A DNA stretch of 64,000 bases from a virus (lineage: Duplodnaviria; Caudoviricetes), in IMG/VR virus record IMGVR_UViG_3300021426_000063, positions 160,001-224,000 of that record. One strand, 5' to 3'. Both the position numbers and the translations under genes were made by a program. Of the stretch, positions 59,801 to 64,000 are shown piece by piece (position 1 is the stretch's first letter; every line of letters begins with the position of its first letter). Below the pieces are notes generated by a model that saw nothing but the letters and a program-made list of their open reading frames with translations, had not been told where the DNA came from and did no database searches.

Positions 59801-60612
59801 CTGTTCGTGATATAGTAAATAGATTACCTAAAAACTGGATTAAACCTGATACAGCAAGTATAAGAAATCTTTCAAGTAAAAAGACATTGCTTAGACTTAA
59901 TAGTTTGAATGATGGTATTTTAAATAAAGAGGCAAGGTTGACTGCACTTCAAAAAAGAATATCACAACTTGAAACTCCTGATTCATCATCAGTGTATACA
60001 ATAATACCTAAATTACAAACCGCATATGGTTTCACAGATTTAGGAAAAATTTTAGGAGATAATAATGGTCTTTCATTTGATACTGATATAAATGGAAAAA
60101 CATTTATAACAACTCATAAGATTGGATATGAAGAAAAGGATAAGAGAGCTGTTGGTCCAGATACTTGTGATTCTTATTTGTTCTTGAGCCCAGTAAATCA
60201 TAGTGAGATTCAGGTTGATGGAGATACATTGAATTCAAGTAAATCATTGAAGAGTGGTGAGGTTTTGAGAGTTCCTATAATTTATCAGTATAGAATGACA
60301 GATGCTAATGGTTATATTTTTGGTTCAATTAGACCTGAAAATAGTACAACAACAAGAGTAAAGAATGAAAAGTATGCCAACATCATTGGTATTGACATCT
60401 GGACAAACAGAAATGATTTGAAACCAAAGCAGTATGATATAGTTGTTTATTCAACATATAACAGTACAGTTGATACCAATACAAGTACAACCAAGACATC
60501 ATCACAACAGTCATTGGTTAATGTTGGAAATGAAATTGTAAATGAACTTGAAAAGTTGAGAAGAGACAGTAAATCTGTATCATCAAAGCCAAGAGTTTCT
60601 ACATTAAAATAA
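56875..60612 (+). CDS. Large structural protein (possibly baseplate), with coiled-coil and FN3-like segments
   Basis: 1245 aa; late promoter; FN3-like VEIQVKSVSEAGW...SDWS. Confidence 0.55.
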   Translation: MTKIKNSLSTYLEQAIVMTGNSLETMDKISDAVSSSEDSVKLILTDPNDPKKSVEYIIPSFGYLKSEIDRLSASINTMTNITDGAGSRIRLSDGSYRKIIASKVPSEAPTITQVDNITNFNFKSNWFFEDMLNPSLYITWDLSSQINPETERVMIQRYILKCDTQVKIDAFNKDIKGRNDIDYKEFLTFLLNNRIKYTLDDEIKDLPPRARRYYGTFSVIRIETEKDLKGMTVKRYILDSLEFTDSRSGFENTRVLSVGDFVEVNSNPTTTRYEVIYVEASENKVGLKCIEGCEGVRIGADTLKISASQDTLVSADIPIGFDEREVIFVKSIDPDSNIPSTVWSPGVGFYSNELTYVDESGATQTLQKFYQRNVVDFGQVLLSYANDYYPSIREGIIPNVPVLNYAGGEGDFKIVQINTQLTETTDAETFRSLVSDKIKIQSELDNVANEIEKQKEAIQTTQYKSTTDKLKAQATLKSLIDSQSVLTSDYNSKVNSIKARVESGNLVTPKYRVRGFWDIPDSKISPSSGEQKIIKFKIRYRYLSEYGNANKEEEFTYTSGNATVTGRFSNWNEIETKLRKRVKTDSGWDWAKINNADPDEVDINQLDIPINPGEQVEIQVKSVSEAGWPSNPLESDWSEPIVVAFSDFAELQADDISEVIEQNRIDAAVANVTKMFSGTAAHASSSFYTNDKYFAHSAENITSGFLSPEQTPITLFDKLQELQNQIDMIIEQINNTVGDLTVTLQDASDESKIYTLNEGGTTYINAGDYLTAIGGELIKPDDEQHRNSNSGSIVSKIYYLNITTDSKSGLFLLSKLTGNRLSMCPNTTERTSSVVGGNDYYNYDNVTTHSSTSGSYYYEQGRYDLVPINLTNPEYIDFQVGSPTMYQSAQCRGQFVYSRFRNIGDTFDMYANTSKHYANLDSDSELEEDPDNRTPWFNPDAQFREAEVVYKTDQSVNYVEEYNTMTGSEVTTTDDSVRDIVNRLPKNWIKPDTASIRNLSSKKTLLRLNSLNDGILNKEARLTALQKRISQLETPDSSSVYTIIPKLQTAYGFTDLGKILGDNNGLSFDTDINGKTFITTHKIGYEEKDKRAVGPDTCDSYLFLSPVNHSEIQVDGDTLNSSKSLKSGEVLRVPIIYQYRMTDANGYIFGSIRPENSTTTRVKNEKYANIIGIDIWTNRNDLKPKQYDIVVYSTYNSTVDTNTSTTKTSSQQSLVNVGNEIVNELEKLRRDSKSVSSKPRVSTLK

Positions 60613-60615
60613 TTT

Positions 60616-60652
60616 AAAATGGAAGAATTATAAAAAGATTCTTCCATTTTTT
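60616..60652 (+). terminator. Intrinsic terminator
   Basis: AAAATGGAAGAAT...ATTCTTCCATTTT plus T tract, then CATAAATA at 60659. Confidence 0.8.
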
Positions 60653-60693
60653 GTTTTCCATAAATAATATAAGAAACAATCACAATAAAAGAT

Positions 60694-62334
60694 ATGCAGA
60701 AAAATTATAACTACAACTATGTAAACAGAGTTGCTAAGGCAAAGGATGCCATTGAATATTTGAATGTTGAACTTGCTTCTTGTATAAAGAAGGTTCTTGA
60801 TTCAGAAAAGGTGACTGATGGTAAGTTATGGCATGCAACTGATGAGAATAAGTTCTATTTCGATTGGAATGGAAAGAGAACTGAATTAAATTTGACAGGT
60901 AGTTCTTCAGATTTGACAGCAGAGATTGAGAAGATCAAGGCTGATGTTGCCAAGATTGACCCTTCAAACATTGACAGGATTGAAGATAGGGTTGATTCTG
61001 CTGTTGCACAGGTAAATACTATGCAGAGTGAAGTTAACTCTGCTATTGCTAATGCAGAGGCAGCAACACAGGCAGCTAATGATGCAGCACAGGTTGCACA
61101 GGAAGCAGCAAGTCAGGTTGCTGATAAGGCAAGTACATCATATGTTGATGATGCTGTTTCACATGCATTTGACAATCTTACTGATGCACAGAAAGCAGAA
61201 CTCAAAGGTGATGCTGGTAAGGATGGTAAAGATGGTACTGATGGTAAGGATGGTGAGAAGGGTGACAAGGGTGATCCTTTCACATATGAAGACTTCACAC
61301 CTGAACAACTGGCTGCCCTTAAAGGTGCTGATGGTAAAGATGGTAAAGATGGTGTAGATGGTCAGAATGGTGCTGATGGTAAAGATGGTGTAGATGGTGA
61401 AAAGGGTGACAAGGGTGATCCTTTCACATATGAAGACTTCACACCAGAACAGCTTGCTGCACTTAAGGGTGCTGATGGTAAAGATGGTAAAGATGGTGTA
61501 GATGGTAAAGATGGTGCTGATGGTCAGAATGGTGTCAATGGTTTGTCAGCATATGAAGTTGCTGTTGATAATGGATACACTGGTACAGAAGAAGAATGGC
61601 TTGCATCTCTTAAGGGTGAGAAGGGTGAACCTGGAGAAGGTGGTCTCACAGAAGAGGATAGGGAGAAGATTGATTCTATTCCTAATGATATTGCATCAAA
61701 AAGTGATATTCCTACCAATGTAAGTGATTTTACCAATGATGCTGGTTACCTTACAGAACATCAGGATTTGAGTGGTTATGCAAAGGTAGAAGATGTTATT
61801 GCTGGTTCATTCCCTGAAGATGTTGATGGCTCAGAGGCTGGTGTTGATGGATTTGCAACAGTACAGGATGTGATGAATTATGTAAATGCATTAATTGAAA
61901 AAAAAAAGGATGAGTTAGCTCCTGTTGATACAAAACATTATGCATACATAACAGGTTATGCCCTTGATGGTAAACCAACAAATATCACAATGTTCAATCA
62001 ATTTGAATTGAATGATACTGGTGATACAGTTATAGAAATACTTACTGATCCTGAAATTCTCACATATGAAGGTTATGATGATGCATCATCTATTAAATTG
62101 ACAGTTGACATTCCTGTTGGCTATATAATCTCAGCTGCATATATTTGGAATGAACAACTTGGAACAGATGGTGACTATGAGTTGATGGATCAGGGTAGAG
62201 AATTTGGAGTTAATGCAAGATATTCATCAAGAATCATTAATGGTGTAACATATAATAGTTATGCAAGAGGTCCAGTGAATGATACTGGTGCAAGATCGAA
62301 TGAGAAATATAAAATAATAATTACAAAACAATAA
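60694..62334 (+). CDS. Collagen-like tail fibre protein
   Basis: Coiled coil, G-X-Y runs, two GDPFTYEDFTPEQLAALKG, SAYEVAVDNGYTGTEEEWLASL, NDAGYLTEHQDL. Confidence 0.85.
   Translation: MQKNYNYNYVNRVAKAKDAIEYLNVELASCIKKVLDSEKVTDGKLWHATDENKFYFDWNGKRTELNLTGSSSDLTAEIEKIKADVAKIDPSNIDRIEDRVDSAVAQVNTMQSEVNSAIANAEAATQAANDAAQVAQEAASQVADKASTSYVDDAVSHAFDNLTDAQKAELKGDAGKDGKDGTDGKDGEKGDKGDPFTYEDFTPEQLAALKGADGKDGKDGVDGQNGADGKDGVDGEKGDKGDPFTYEDFTPEQLAALKGADGKDGKDGVDGKDGADGQNGVNGLSAYEVAVDNGYTGTEEEWLASLKGEKGEPGEGGLTEEDREKIDSIPNDIASKSDIPTNVSDFTNDAGYLTEHQDLSGYAKVEDVIAGSFPEDVDGSEAGVDGFATVQDVMNYVNALIEKKKDELAPVDTKHYAYITGYALDGKPTNITMFNQFELNDTGDTVIEILTDPEILTYEGYDDASSIKLTVDIPVGYIISAAYIWNEQLGTDGDYELMDQGREFGVNARYSSRIINGVTYNSYARGPVNDTGARSNEKYKIIITKQ
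61252..61506 (+). repeat. Internal direct repeat (144-nt period) in the collagen fibre
   Basis: 61252-61362 is near-identical to 61396-61506. Confidence 0.8.
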
Positions 62335-62335
62335 T

Positions 62336-63733
62336 ATGGCTAAAACTTATACAGGTGATAAAACAGGTTCATCATTTATAATCAATGTTAATAAACCTGT
62401 TGATGTTAGGACTGTTGTAGATTCTGTTGCAGATTTGACTAATGGTTCAATACCTTATCCATATGCAGGCTTAGTTGTTAATATCAAAGGTACTGGTGAT
62501 TTATATGTATTGACAACTGGAGGTAGAGGTGCAAGTAATATTAATAATTGGAAGAAAGTTGGTGAAGGTGGTGAGATTGATCCTGAAGATTATCTCTCAT
62601 ACTACCAAGAGAAACTTGGCGCAGTCATTCTTGATTCAGTAAGTGGTCTATCATCAATTGAATCTCCATTCATTGGACAGTTTGCATATGTGAAGGATGA
62701 TTCTGAAACATCAGAAGATGAATCAGGATTGTACCTCTATGATGGTGGTCTATGGTTAAGGATACTTACTGGTTCAGGAGAGGTTTCTAGTGATTATGTA
62801 AAGAGAGAGGAACTTGAAGATTATTTAAAAAAGGAAGTCCTTGATGACCTTGCAAAGAAATCAGACCTTGATGGTTATGTGAGGGTAGAAGAAGCATTTG
62901 AATTCTTGACAGAAAGTGACCTTGACATTTATGTAAAAAAGGAAGATTTACCAAAAAATGTAAGTGAGTTTAATAATGATGCTGGTTATCTTACTGAACA
63001 TCAGGATTTGAGTAATTATGCAGAAAAGGATTATGTTGATGTTGTGATTGGTAGTCTTGATATTCCTGAACAGTCAGAAGTATTGACAACTGATGGTACA
63101 ATACCTACATCTGGTAGTGGTATTTCTATTTCAACTGATGGAGATGGTTCATTTGTTGAAGAGATTTATGCTGATGATTATCTCCATGCCGGTGTATATT
63201 ATACAAGTAAGGGTATCAACAGTTCAAAGGATAATGGTGGAAGTGAACTTGAAGGTATAGGTTATATTACATTATCTAATGGTGATTCTTGGATAAAGTT
63301 TGACAATAAAAGTACAATAACAATCTATGTTCGTGATGATTCACTTGGATTTAATGCAGAAAATATTGTGGGCATCATTGATAGTAATGGTAATGAGATT
63401 AAAAATCCTTATGCAGGTTATCCATATACAGAATCACCTATTAGTGTATCTCTAGAAGGTAAGACCTATATCAAGTTTAATAAAGATATTTATTTCACAG
63501 GACTGACAGAAACAAGGGATGGAGATTCTACTGAATATATCTTTGGTCAGACAGGTAGTAACTATGAAGATTTGGATTTTTACACAACTAATATATTACC
63601 TACTGTTTATGCTTATTCAGATAACACACCTGTTAGGGTTTTGACAGAGGGTGATAAGGAAGAACTTCTCAACAAGATTGATGAAGCAGAACCTGAAACA
63701 ATATCCAATGAAGATATTATGGATTTATTTTAA
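62336..63733 (+). CDS. Fibre-associated protein with PVDVRTVVDS N-module
   Basis: N-terminus homologous to the 33188 protein; NDAGYLTEHQDL repeat; ends ISNEDIMDLF. Confidence 0.7.
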   Translation: MAKTYTGDKTGSSFIINVNKPVDVRTVVDSVADLTNGSIPYPYAGLVVNIKGTGDLYVLTTGGRGASNINNWKKVGEGGEIDPEDYLSYYQEKLGAVILDSVSGLSSIESPFIGQFAYVKDDSETSEDESGLYLYDGGLWLRILTGSGEVSSDYVKREELEDYLKKEVLDDLAKKSDLDGYVRVEEAFEFLTESDLDIYVKKEDLPKNVSEFNNDAGYLTEHQDLSNYAEKDYVDVVIGSLDIPEQSEVLTTDGTIPTSGSGISISTDGDGSFVEEIYADDYLHAGVYYTSKGINSSKDNGGSELEGIGYITLSNGDSWIKFDNKSTITIYVRDDSLGFNAENIVGIIDSNGNEIKNPYAGYPYTESPISVSLEGKTYIKFNKDIYFTGLTETRDGDSTEYIFGQTGSNYEDLDFYTTNILPTVYAYSDNTPVRVLTEGDKEELLNKIDEAEPETISNEDIMDLF

Positions 63734-63761
63734 GAAACAATAAAAAATTGAATATATAGAA

Positions 63762-64000
63762 ATGGCAACAAAAGGAAAATATTTGGATTATGAGGGTCTT
63801 AAAACATACCATAATACATTAGTTGGAAAGTTAAAAGACCTTGAATATGGACCATCAACAATGTTTGAATCAAAATCTGCTCTCTTGACATTAAATAACT
63901 GGAAACATGATGAGTATCTTAAAGTTTATGGATTGAGAATAGGTTTGATTGTTACTGTTGATGATGAACTTTGGCAACTTGTTAACCCAGCAAAGTTCAA
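63762..64000 (+). CDS. Fibre-associated protein, truncated by the window end
   Basis: Hand translation MATKGKYLDYEGLKTYHNTL...GLIVTVDDELWQLVNPAKF, open to the window end. Confidence 0.65.
   Translation, partial: MATKGKYLDYEGLKTYHNTLVGKLKDLEYGPSTMFESKSALLTLNNWKHDEYLKVYGLRIGLIVTVDDELWQLVNPAKF

Noticed and set aside
1-64000. Stop-codon reassignment (TAG to Gln), as in Lak and some crAss-like phages
   Set aside because: Multi-kb genes are uninterrupted in the standard code, coding density is near complete, and TAG ends genes at 760 and 7984 directly at terminator hairpins.

Overview
AT-rich, gene-dense 64-kb segment of a large T4-like (jumbo-type) tailed phage, read in the standard genetic code. 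The host is most likely Bacteroidota: there are two textbook TTTG-N20-TAnnTTTG promoters and AT-rich leaders without Shine-Dalgarno sites. Minus-strand blocks carry nucleotide-metabolism and replication genes (nrdD/nrdG, guanylate kinase-like, two DNA methyltransferases, gp61-like primase, GroES, UvsW, UvsY, a ColE2-type Replicase-domain protein). Plus-strand blocks carry late/virion genes (3375-aa Ig/MBG-repeat fibre, fibre modules, an LTD-phosphatase next to a CotH-kinase-LRR giant, gp2 end protector, collagen fibre) and a VWA-metallopeptidase/AAA+ pair. Three promoter classes are readable by eye: host sigma-A, TTTGTTATWTTT, and late CATAAATA. Top leads: (1) a Big_2 Ig domain split between genes, with two alternative small proteins ending in its N-half and the giant fibre starting with its C-half, suggesting swappable tips joined by fold complementation; (2) an orphan RNR intein with only 6+3 extein residues; (3) a candidate virion kinase/phosphatase pair; (4) T4 capsid-targeting-like leaders on the AAA+/VWA pair. 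All family assignments are by motif recognition; no searches were run.
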